A stretch of DNA of 64,000 bases from Halieaceae bacterium (GTDB taxonomy: Bacteria > Pseudomonadota > Gammaproteobacteria > Pseudomonadales > Halieaceae): contig OZ242189.1 in the NCBI GenBank assembly GCA_965205725.1, forward strand, positions 2,407,973 through 2,471,972, read 5' to 3'. The notes under the pieces are model-generated. The model saw only the letters and a program-made list of their open reading frames with translations, was not told where the DNA came from and searched no databases. The stretch's first letter is position 1. Every line of letters starts with the position of its first letter. Below, piece after piece: positions 28,905-37,243 of this stretch. Both the position numbers and the translations under genes were made by a program.

Positions 28905-29044
28905 AACCGACGCTTCCTGACAATAGCGACCGCCCCCCAAATGCCACCGACTGGCATCCAGTGCGGCGGCCCACATCGGGCCAAATACAATAGCCCGAAA
29001 AACACCAGGCCCAGCGCGACAAGCTTTTCCAGAACGGACAACAT
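28901..29044 (-). CDS. Hypothetical small membrane protein (47 aa)
   Basis: MLSVLEKLVALGLVFFGLLYLARCGPPHWMPVGGIWGAVAIVRKRRL has two hydrophobic segments and a basic end. Together with the next ORF it could be one frameshifted gene. Confidence 0.3.
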   Translation of the reverse strand: MLSVLEKLVALGLVFFGLLYLARCGPPHWMPVGGIWGAVAIVRKRRL

Positions 29045-29099
29045 GTGGGGATTATAGATCAGCATGCACGCGGTGTGCAGTCCGCGGTAATATGCCGCG

Positions 29100-29936
29100 A
29101 TGGAACTCATAACTTTCGATTTGGACGGAACTCTGCTCAATCGCTGCGGGGAGCTTTCGGCGTTTACCCGGCGTACCCTGGCGGCTCTGTCGGAGCGCGG
29201 CGTTGCTTACACGGTGGCGACAGGTCGTACCTTGCACTCAGCGCGACAGGTTATTGAGGGTGCCGGGTTTAACCTGCCGCACATATACAAAAATGGGGTT
29301 ATGATCTGGAACCCGTCTACCTCGCAATATTTGTTAGAGAACTATCTCACCCTGAAAGAGATCCAACATGTTTTAACCGCTGTGCGGGCGCGGCAACTTA
29401 CGCCATTCATTTTTACTCTGGAACCCGCTAACCGGCATTGCATTTACCACACGCCACTTCTCAATGAGACAGAAGAGCGCTTGGCGCGGGATTTTTCTGA
29501 GCGCGCTGAAGCCGAGGTTTTACCGGTATCCGATATGCCTGGGAATGTTGAGGTAACTAATATCAGTGCCCTGGGCAATCCAGAATCGGTACAGGCAGTG
29601 GAGGCGATAATCGAGGGCGAGCCGCATCTGGTGGCCTACGCTGGCAACGCGCTGGAAGGCATGGGTTTGCGTTGGATTGATATTCATCACACAGACGCGA
29701 GCAAGGGTGGCGCCGTTGCAATACTGAAGCAGCAATTGGGTGTTGGTCAGCTTATTTGCTTTGGCGATAGCGACAATGACTTGAGTATGTTTGCCGTTGC
29801 AGACGAATGCTATGCGCCGGAAAACGCCAAAGAATCTGTTAAGCAGGCTGCAACAGCCGTAATAGGTCATCACGACGAAGATGGTATTGCCCGCTTTCTC
29901 TGTCGACGCTTTGGTCTATCGGTGGCAAATGCCTAA
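29100..29936 (+). CDS. Cof-type HAD-IIB phosphatase
   Basis: Motif I is FDLDGTLL, and a cap domain follows. Motif IV is GDSDNDLSMF. Confidence 0.85.
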   Translation: MELITFDLDGTLLNRCGELSAFTRRTLAALSERGVAYTVATGRTLHSARQVIEGAGFNLPHIYKNGVMIWNPSTSQYLLENYLTLKEIQHVLTAVRARQLTPFIFTLEPANRHCIYHTPLLNETEERLARDFSERAEAEVLPVSDMPGNVEVTNISALGNPESVQAVEAIIEGEPHLVAYAGNALEGMGLRWIDIHHTDASKGGAVAILKQQLGVGQLICFGDSDNDLSMFAVADECYAPENAKESVKQAATAVIGHHDEDGIARFLCRRFGLSVANA

Positions 29937-30032
29937 GCCCGTATTGGAAGCACAGCGCAGCTTGCGACCTTTAAACTATGGGCCTATATTGTGTCACATC
30001 CAGTTGTCGCCATGTTTTAGAAAGGAAGGATT

Positions 30033-31025
30033 ATGGAATTTTTAAGAACGCCTGATGCGTGCTTTGAAGGTTTGCCTGACTATGACTTTGCCCCGAACTA
30101 TCTGGATGTGAATGACAGCGAAGGAGACAAATTGCGCATTCACTACCTGGACGAAGGCCCTGCCGATGGCCAGGCCGTATTGTTGATGCACGGGCAGCCC
30201 ACCTGGTCCTATCTCTACAGAAAAATGATTCCTGGTCTGCTAGCGGCTGGCTACAGGGTCATTGCACCCGATTTGGTTGGATTCGGCAAATCAGATAAAC
30301 CCACCCAGAGAAGCGATTACACTTATGCGCGGCATGTCGCATGGATGAGCGAGTGGCTGACCACGCTGGGTGTCAGCAATGCCATTTTTTTTGGTCAGGA
30401 CTGGGGCGGGTTGATTGGTTTACGCCTGGTAGCCGCTTTCCCTGAGCGCTTTGTCGGTGTTGTAATCTCCAATACAGGCTTGCCAGTGGGCATGATTCCT
30501 GAGCAGTTTACCGATGCACTTAAAGAGGCTGACAAGACTCTGCCCGTTGTACAGGCCTCAGAGTTGGGCGAGCGCTTTCGCGATACATCGGGTATTCCCG
30601 GATTTTTGTACTGGCGTAAGTTTTGCTCTGAGACGCCAGAGCTTGACGTGAGTGAGGTAATGAAATTTAGCGGTGGAGCACTGGATGAAAACGTGCTTGC
30701 AGCCTATAACGCGCCATTTCCCGATGGCAGCTATGTCATGGGTGCGCGGCAGTTTCCCACTCTGGTGCCAGTGTTTAAAGATAACGTGGAAGTCCCCGCC
30801 AACCTGGAAGCCTGGAAGGTGCTGGAGCGGTTTGAGAAGCCTTTCCTGCTGGCTTTCAGTGACAGTGATCCCGTGACCGCAGGGGGCGAGGCTGCCTTTG
30901 TGAACCGTGTTCCCGGATGCAAGGGTATGCCACATCGCACTATCGAAAACGGCGGCCACTTTATACAGGAAGACCAGCCTGAAGCATGTGTGCAAGCCAT
31001 TCTGGACTTGGTTGCAGCATCCTAG
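30033..31025 (+). CDS. Haloalkane dehalogenase (HLD-I, DhlA-like alpha/beta hydrolase)
   Basis: HGQPTWSYLYRKMIP, APDLVGFGKSDKP, the nucleophile context QDWGG and a C-terminal GHFIQED all closely resemble Xanthobacter DhlA. Confidence 0.8.
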   Translation: MEFLRTPDACFEGLPDYDFAPNYLDVNDSEGDKLRIHYLDEGPADGQAVLLMHGQPTWSYLYRKMIPGLLAAGYRVIAPDLVGFGKSDKPTQRSDYTYARHVAWMSEWLTTLGVSNAIFFGQDWGGLIGLRLVAAFPERFVGVVISNTGLPVGMIPEQFTDALKEADKTLPVVQASELGERFRDTSGIPGFLYWRKFCSETPELDVSEVMKFSGGALDENVLAAYNAPFPDGSYVMGARQFPTLVPVFKDNVEVPANLEAWKVLERFEKPFLLAFSDSDPVTAGGEAAFVNRVPGCKGMPHRTIENGGHFIQEDQPEACVQAILDLVAAS

Positions 31026-31103
31026 CAGCCTGTGGGTTTCTAAGCCGCCGTATTATCGGGCGTCGAGCAGACGCCACAACAGATTAAGTTTCAGGGTTGA
31101 GAT

Positions 31104-32207
31104 ATGGCTGACAGTGATCGCATTTTACTAACGGGTGGCGCAGGTTCACCTTATACCCGCAAAATGGTAGCCCTGCTGCGCTATCGCCAAATTCCATACA
31201 GCATTATTTGGGGTGACCCGGCAGCAGCCGGCTCCATGGGATTGCCGCTGCCAAAAGTTGTCTTGCATCCGACCTTTTTCTTTAAGGATCAGGCCGGTGA
31301 GCTGGAAGCTGTGGTTGACTCAACCCCAATTATTCGGCGCCTGGAGCAGGAGTTTCCCGGCCGAAGTGTTATTCCCACAGACCCTGTTATGGCTTTCGTC
31401 AACTACCTCCTGGAAGATTTTGGTGACGAGTGGTGCACCAAGTACATGTTCCACTACCGCTGGACATTTCAAGCAGATATTGATCGAGCCGCTCAGCAGC
31501 TTACCTTGCAAATGACGCCTGGCATTTCAGAGCAGGATTTGCAGAAATTCGGCAAGCAATTCAGTGATCGTCAAATGGGCCGCCTGGGCGTGGTTGGCTC
31601 CAACGAAGTAACCCGCCCTGTTATTGAGGGCAGCTACAAGCGATTTCTGCAATTGATGGATGCGCATTTGGCGCAGCATAATTTTCTGTTTGGCAATCGC
31701 CCAGCCAGCGCCGATTACGGCTTGTTTGGCCAGTTGACGCAGTTGGTTGGTTTCGATCCCACCTCGCAGTTAATCGCTTACGCTGAAGGGCCAAGAACCG
31801 TCGCCTGGGTTTATCTGATGGAAGATCAGTGTGGCCGCGAGCCCACCGAAGACGATTGGAATACGGAGATCGGTGATACTTTAAAGAATCTGTTGTGCGA
31901 AGTGGGCCGGGTCTATGTGCCGGCATTACTTGCCAATGCTAAAGCGAAAGCTGCTGGCGAAAAAAATTGGGAAACTAAAATTGACGGTTTGCCGTGGGCT
32001 CAGCAGACATTTCCCTATCAAGCCAAGTGCCTGGCCTGGATTAATGAGGAATATCAGACTCTGTCCGAGCCAGAAAAAGCCAGAGTGGATGCGATTCTTG
32101 CCGGTACCGGCTGTGACGCATTGATTCAGGCTGGCAAAGAAACTTTCGGCAACGGCGCTGTCCCAACAATCACCCTTGCGACCCATGCGCCGAAACACCA
32201 GATTTGA
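31104..32207 (+). CDS. Glutathione S-transferase-like protein (thioredoxin-like N-domain)
   Basis: 367 aa. N-terminal GAGSPYTRKMVALLRYRQIPY and a helical C-domain fit the fold. The family assignment is tentative. Confidence 0.55.
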   Translation: MADSDRILLTGGAGSPYTRKMVALLRYRQIPYSIIWGDPAAAGSMGLPLPKVVLHPTFFFKDQAGELEAVVDSTPIIRRLEQEFPGRSVIPTDPVMAFVNYLLEDFGDEWCTKYMFHYRWTFQADIDRAAQQLTLQMTPGISEQDLQKFGKQFSDRQMGRLGVVGSNEVTRPVIEGSYKRFLQLMDAHLAQHNFLFGNRPASADYGLFGQLTQLVGFDPTSQLIAYAEGPRTVAWVYLMEDQCGREPTEDDWNTEIGDTLKNLLCEVGRVYVPALLANAKAKAAGEKNWETKIDGLPWAQQTFPYQAKCLAWINEEYQTLSEPEKARVDAILAGTGCDALIQAGKETFGNGAVPTITLATHAPKHQI

Positions 32208-32262
32208 CCATAGCCCTACGGTAATGACTCTCTGTGTTAGTTTGATTATCAAATTACAGGGA

Positions 32263-32401
32263 GAGACCTTTGCACGGAAGATGATTTCACTTTCAGGCAA
32301 GGCAAAAACGCACGGAATGAGGGAGTTTATGCTTATAAATGACCGATTGAGTACGATTTTAACGCAGCATGCAGGTGAAATGGCTTTCGTGCAAAGGTCT
32401 C
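32263..32401 (+). mobile_element. 139-bp MITE, copy 2
   Basis: Same sequence as copy 1, flanked by the 5-bp direct duplication AGGGA. Confidence 0.85.
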
Positions 32402-32461
32402 AGGGAATTACAGTCCGTCTATGTTTATGACACAGGGAAAGTCTATTCCTGTTAATGACAC

Positions 32462-32502
32462 GTTAGATCGGATCGCTCGCTCCGCGGGCGATCCGATCTA
32501 AC
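32462..32502. promoter_or_regulatory. Perfect 15-bp inverted repeat 11 nt upstream of the transporter ATG
   Basis: GTTAGATCGGATCGC-N11-GCGATCCGATCTAAC. It could be an operator or a 5'-UTR hairpin. No T-run follows it. Confidence 0.45.
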
Positions 32503-32513
32503 GGCAGCCGACC

Positions 32514-33794
32514 ATGCGTAAGGCAGTCAAAATAGAACAAAGCGAAATTCGCGCCACCCTCACCTCTTTCGCGCTGGTGTTCACTCTCATGGCGGCCTAT
32601 TACATCTTGCGGCCAGTGCGCGACGCAATGGCCAGCGACTGGAGCGACGCTGAGGTTGCCACTTTGTGGACCATCAATTTTTTCTTCAGCGCAATAGCGG
32701 TCGCTGTCTACGGCACTGCCGTCAGCAGGGTTCGTTTTCAGCGCCTGGTTCCTTCGGTCTACGGGTTCTTCGCCTTTACGTTCGTGGGCTTTTACCTCGG
32801 CTCGCAGATGTTCTCTGACCGCACGCTCCTGGATCAATCATTCTATGTCTGGGTCAGCGTATTCAGCCTGTTTCATGTATCGGTTTTCTGGAGCTTCATG
32901 TCAGACCTGTTCAGCAAAGCCCAGGCGCCACGCTTGTTCGGTTTTATTGGTGCCGGTGCCAGCTCGGGAGCAATTTTCGGGCCGGCCATTGCAACATTGT
33001 TTGTCGGCACACTGGGCACAGATAATTTGGTGTTGATGGCTACAGCCCTGCTGATATGTACAATTCCAATCGTTGTCGGGTTACAAAATCTTAAAACCAA
33101 CAACCTGCACAATGGGGGCATTCAAGTCGCCGGGGATAACCTTGTGTTTATCGGCGGCAACCCGCTCAAAGGTTTTCTGGATTTCTGTACCAGCCCCTAT
33201 CTACTGGCTATCGGGCTATTCATTTTCCTGTACACCTTCATCAGCTCGTTTATCTATTTTGAACTCAAGAACCTGTTGGCAGATTACAGCCGCGCAGAGC
33301 GCTCACAAATTTGGGCGGGCATGGATCTCGCGGTCAACTCTCTCACCTTTGTTATCGCCATATTCGTCACTGGACGCATGGCTACACGATTTGGGCTGTC
33401 CATCACCCTGGCCTCAGTGCCGGTGATCATCATGGGCGGTATGCTCACTATTGCAGCGGTGCCAGCAATCGCGGTAGTCGCGGGGCTGCAAGTGGTGCGG
33501 CGGGCGGGCAACTACGCGATTACCCGGCCGGGGCGGGAAATGTTGTTTACCGCAGTTAATCGCGAAACTCGATTCAAAACCAAGCCGGTCATCGACATTG
33601 TGGTGTATCGTGGCGGCGATACCATTGCCGGCTGGATGTTTACCTGGCTCAGCACTGGCATCGGTTTAGGTCTTGGTGCAATCGCTCTGACAGGCGCAGT
33701 TGTTGCGGCCCTGTGGGCAAGCGTAGGCTACTATTTGGGCAAGCGCTTTGCGCGAGACAATCCAGCCAGCGAAGGGTTTGGCGACGCGAGATAA
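32514..33794 (+). CDS. MFS-type transporter (Npt1/Npt2 / TLC-like N-terminal signature)
   Basis: 426 aa with about 12 TM segments. The N-terminal FALVFTLMAAYYILRPVRDAM resembles the nucleotide-transporter-like MFS group. The subfamily is uncertain. Confidence 0.6.
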   Translation: MRKAVKIEQSEIRATLTSFALVFTLMAAYYILRPVRDAMASDWSDAEVATLWTINFFFSAIAVAVYGTAVSRVRFQRLVPSVYGFFAFTFVGFYLGSQMFSDRTLLDQSFYVWVSVFSLFHVSVFWSFMSDLFSKAQAPRLFGFIGAGASSGAIFGPAIATLFVGTLGTDNLVLMATALLICTIPIVVGLQNLKTNNLHNGGIQVAGDNLVFIGGNPLKGFLDFCTSPYLLAIGLFIFLYTFISSFIYFELKNLLADYSRAERSQIWAGMDLAVNSLTFVIAIFVTGRMATRFGLSITLASVPVIIMGGMLTIAAVPAIAVVAGLQVVRRAGNYAITRPGREMLFTAVNRETRFKTKPVIDIVVYRGGDTIAGWMFTWLSTGIGLGLGAIALTGAVVAALWASVGYYLGKRFARDNPASEGFGDAR

Positions 33795-33999
33795 AATGCA
33801 CAAGTCGGTTTGGCTGTTAGGAATAAAAAGGGCTCTGGCCTCTACGGCGACAACTATCGGAACTTTGGTAGGCGCTTCTCCATAAAGGCCGTCACGGCTT
33901 CAATATTTTCCGGACTACCGGCCTGCTTCAGCATACCCGCGTCTTCTGCGTCAAAAGCCGCATTTATATGGTCTCTATGGGGCATCGGAAACGAGGTTC

Positions 34000-34674
34000 C
34001 TATTCGTGGAAGTGAACAATATCGGACAGCGAACCGCGGTCAGTCCAGGCTTTATTGGCGGGTGCATCTACAACTTCGTAGCCAAATGAGATGCCAAACA
34101 GCAACTTGTCGGAGGCCTTTACACCCAGCACTTCGCGTACCAGATCACACTGAAAACTCAGCGCTGTTTGCGGTACGCAACCAAGGCCATGAGCCACCAT
34201 CGAAAGCATCAGGGTTTGAGCATACATACCCAGGTCGCAGGCTTCACGCAGGCCAAACGGTTCCGGTAAAAACAAAAACACCACATGGGGCGCATCAAAA
34301 AACGTAAAGTTGCGCATAAACTGTATTTGGCGCTTGTCCTTGTCTTCGCGCCTGATACCGCAGGCGTCGTAGAGCGTCATAGCGGCGCCGTATTGACGCT
34401 CCTTATACACAGCCTCATAGACGCCATCGTAAGGAAAGTCCATGCTCATCTTGCCTTCGATAAACTCGGCAGGCATGCGCTCCCGTAAATTTTCAACCTT
34501 TTCACCCGAAGCCACATGTACTTGCCAAGGCTGAGTATTGCAATTTGAGGGGGCTCTCAGAGACACATTAAATACCTTATTTAATACATCCTGCGACACA
34601 GGATCTTCTTTGAACGCGCGAACAGACTTGCGACTGGCGACAACGTCGGCAAAAACTTGGGCGGTATCGGTCAT
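34000..34674 (-). CDS. NAD(P)H nitroreductase family protein
   Basis: 224 aa with RKSVRAF, PSNCNTQPW and an FMN-binding C-terminal segment. Confidence 0.85.
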   Translation of the reverse strand: MTDTAQVFADVVASRKSVRAFKEDPVSQDVLNKVFNVSLRAPSNCNTQPWQVHVASGEKVENLRERMPAEFIEGKMSMDFPYDGVYEAVYKERQYGAAMTLYDACGIRREDKDKRQIQFMRNFTFFDAPHVVFLFLPEPFGLREACDLGMYAQTLMLSMVAHGLGCVPQTALSFQCDLVREVLGVKASDKLLFGISFGYEVVDAPANKAWTDRGSLSDIVHFHE

Positions 34675-34676
34675 GG

Positions 34677-35014
34677 TTAAGCAATAGCTCCGGAGTTTCT
34701 CAGGGCATCAATTGTAGCTGCATCAGCACCTAACTCAGCAAGTATTTCATTGCTATCTGTACCCGGCTTAACGGGTGGCCGCTGGATTTCTCCAGGGGTG
34801 TCACTAAAACGCGGGGCCGGTGCGGTCTGCTCATAGCCTTCAAACGATTTCAGAACAGTTTCAACACCTTCATCACTATAGTGCGCCCATTGATTCGCGC
34901 GTTGCTCCAGTTGTGCGAAGGTTGCCCGCTGATCTCCACCAAAGCATCGCGCTCTGGTACTTTGTCGGCGACCGTTTCAAACAAGTTGGCCAGGTTAAAC
35001 GGCCTTAACACCAT
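34677..35014 (-). pseudogene. Chimeric remnant: acyl-CoA synthetase N-terminus joined to a family III CoA-transferase C-terminus
   Basis: MVLRPFNLANLFETVADKVPERDALVEISGQP is an AMP-ligase-type start. After a 1-nt frameshift the sequence reads FAQLEQRANQWAHY..., then ...APAPRFSDTPGEIQRPPVKPGTDSNEILAELGADAATIDALRNSGAIA*, a CaiB/BaiF-type end. Confidence 0.55.
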
Positions 35015-35016
35015 GT

Positions 35017-36180
35017 TTATCCTTTCTCTGCACTCACAACCCACATGGCAAAGAACTGGGCACCGCCACCGTAGGCATGGCCCAGCGCCGTTTTAGCACC
35101 AGCAACCTGATGAGCCTCGGCAGTACCGCGAACCTGGCGCGCGGCTTCGGCAAAACGAATCATGCCAGACGCGCCAATGGCATTAGACGACAAAACACCT
35201 CCGGAACAATTCCACGGTATGTCACCGTTCTCATCCAGCGAGGTGGCACCCTCCAGGGTGACTTGCCAGCCTTTACCTTCCTCGGCAAAGCCAAGGTTTT
35301 CCAGCCACATGGGTTCATACCAGGAAAATGGTACGTACACTTCAGCACAGTCGAGGTCTTTGCGGGGATTGCTTATGCTCGCCTGCTTATAGACATCAGC
35401 GGCACAATCGCGCCCTGCCTGTGGGTTCACTTCCTCGCGGCCTGCATACATGGTCGGCTCTGAACGCATGGCAACACCGCGAATCCAGGCTGGCTTATTG
35501 GGAGAATCGTTCGCCAGGGATTCATCCGCAATCACCATCGCACAAGCACCGTCGGAGGACGGACAGCTCTCCAGAAAACGAATGGGGTCCCATAACATCG
35601 GCGATTCTTCTACCTGAGCCATGGTGATATCTGGTAGTTGCAAGTGAGCCAGCGGGTTGCGCGAACCATGCAATCGGTCTTTGGTTGCCACCTTAATGCC
35701 CACATCATAGGGCGCTTGTGAACGGCGCATGTACTCACGAATAATCGGCGCAAAGTATCCACCCGCACCTGCGTTCAAATGCGGCGAAAACGGGTGTGGG
35801 CTGGACAGTGCCCACATCGCATTAGATTCAGATTGTTTCTCGAACGTTACAGTGAGCACCCGCTTGAATGTGCCGCTCTGAACATGTGAGGCCGCGACCA
35901 GGGCAGTTGATCCGCCAACGGAGCCTGCTGTATGTACACGCAACATCGGTTTACCATTACAGCCGAGCGCGTCGGTTAAGTATATTTCCGGCATGACGAC
36001 ACCTTCAAACATATCCGGCGCCTTACCGATAATCACCGCCTCAATATCATTCCAGGTTAGGTCTGCATCCTGTAGCGCGTTAAATGCCGCCTCGCGCACC
36101 AGCCCGGCTATAGAAACATCGCTGCGTTTGGTCTGGTATTTGGTTTGACCAATGCCGACCACTGCTGCCAGGTTCGCCAT
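35017..36180 (-). CDS. Thiolase-fold protein, SCP-x/lipid-transfer-protein type
   Basis: 387 aa with AVVGIGQTKY at the N-terminus and NCSGGVLSSNAIGASGM near the C-terminus. AGSVGGSTAL stands where thiolases carry C(A/S)SG. Confidence 0.8.
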   Translation of the reverse strand: MANLAAVVGIGQTKYQTKRSDVSIAGLVREAAFNALQDADLTWNDIEAVIIGKAPDMFEGVVMPEIYLTDALGCNGKPMLRVHTAGSVGGSTALVAASHVQSGTFKRVLTVTFEKQSESNAMWALSSPHPFSPHLNAGAGGYFAPIIREYMRRSQAPYDVGIKVATKDRLHGSRNPLAHLQLPDITMAQVEESPMLWDPIRFLESCPSSDGACAMVIADESLANDSPNKPAWIRGVAMRSEPTMYAGREEVNPQAGRDCAADVYKQASISNPRKDLDCAEVYVPFSWYEPMWLENLGFAEEGKGWQVTLEGATSLDENGDIPWNCSGGVLSSNAIGASGMIRFAEAARQVRGTAEAHQVAGAKTALGHAYGGGAQFFAMWVVSAEKG

Positions 36181-37241
36181 TACGCTGCCTCCAAAACTGT
36201 AACAAGGTTGTGCTGTAAACAGGGCCCACTAGTGGCATGGGCCACACCCCGCTTGATATCGCCGTTGATAATTCGCATGGCAACCTCACCTATACGCGAC
36301 AAACCCGAGGCCATCATCAGATTGCCTGCCAGAACACCACCTGAGGGATTAATCTCCGTGGCATCTGTCAGGCCCAGCGCGTTTTTCAAAATAATTTCCT
36401 GATGGCTGTAAGGCGCATATAACTCCGCAACCTCTATAGGGCCATCGGCAGCGCCACAGGCCGCTGCGGCCTGCTCCGTTGAAACCGAGCGCGTTAAATC
36501 ACGGGCGCCCAGATTGTGTGATTCAATGCGATGATCAATGCCTTTAATCACCGCGCAAGGCCTGCCCCATTGCCGTGCCTTTTCAATCGAGCAAATCACC
36601 ATTGCGGCCGCACCGTCTGACACTGGACAGCAATCATGCTTACGCAGCGGTGATACCCAGGTATCAGCCTGTAACAAATCCTCGGCACTGACATATCCGC
36701 CGAGTTGGGCATGAGGGTTATTAGCCTTGGCATTACCGCGAGACCGGGCCACGACTTCAGCCATATCGAGTTCGCTGATCAAGCCCTGATCGAGCATCAT
36801 CCGAGCCTGCATGGCGGCCAGGCTAACTGTATCTACCCATAAAGGCGCCAGGTAGTAGGGGTCCAATTGCTGAGAGAGCACCGCTGGCAACTCCCCTGGG
36901 GAAGATTTGCCGAAGCCATAGACCAGCGCAGATTCAGCCTGACCCATGGAAATTTTTAGCATTGACTCATACAGAGCCCAGGCTGCATCCATTTCCACAT
37001 GGGATTCTTTTATAGGAGGCACCGCTCCGAGCGCATCCACACCCAGCACAAACGCAAAAGCGGCGCCCTGTTGGTAATCGCAACTTCCTGAGCAGGTAAA
37101 TCCGGCATCCTGCACACTCTTCAGGCCTGCCTGAGCCAGCGCTGCCTGCACAACTGGCATGATCAGCTCAACTTCGTTGTGGGCTCCCGCGTCGCGAATA
37201 CTGTCTGACTGCACGAATGAGACAATGGCTATATCTTTCAT
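36180..37241 (-). CDS. Thiolase-fold protein (second, divergent subunit)
   Basis: 353 aa starting at MKDIAIVSF, preceded by GGGAGGG. The C-terminal NPSGGVLAGNLMMASGL fits the fold. No Cys is present at the expected nucleophile position (HVEMDAAWALY). Confidence 0.75.
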   Translation of the reverse strand: MKDIAIVSFVQSDSIRDAGAHNEVELIMPVVQAALAQAGLKSVQDAGFTCSGSCDYQQGAAFAFVLGVDALGAVPPIKESHVEMDAAWALYESMLKISMGQAESALVYGFGKSSPGELPAVLSQQLDPYYLAPLWVDTVSLAAMQARMMLDQGLISELDMAEVVARSRGNAKANNPHAQLGGYVSAEDLLQADTWVSPLRKHDCCPVSDGAAAMVICSIEKARQWGRPCAVIKGIDHRIESHNLGARDLTRSVSTEQAAAACGAADGPIEVAELYAPYSHQEIILKNALGLTDATEINPSGGVLAGNLMMASGLSRIGEVAMRIINGDIKRGVAHATSGPCLQHNLVTVLEAA

Positions 37242-37243
37242 GT

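Noticed and set aside
33810-34307. 165-aa plus-strand ORF downstream of the MFS transporter.
   Set aside because: Most of it is antisense to the well-supported nitroreductase gene, and the translation is Arg/Ser-rich with no recognisable motif.
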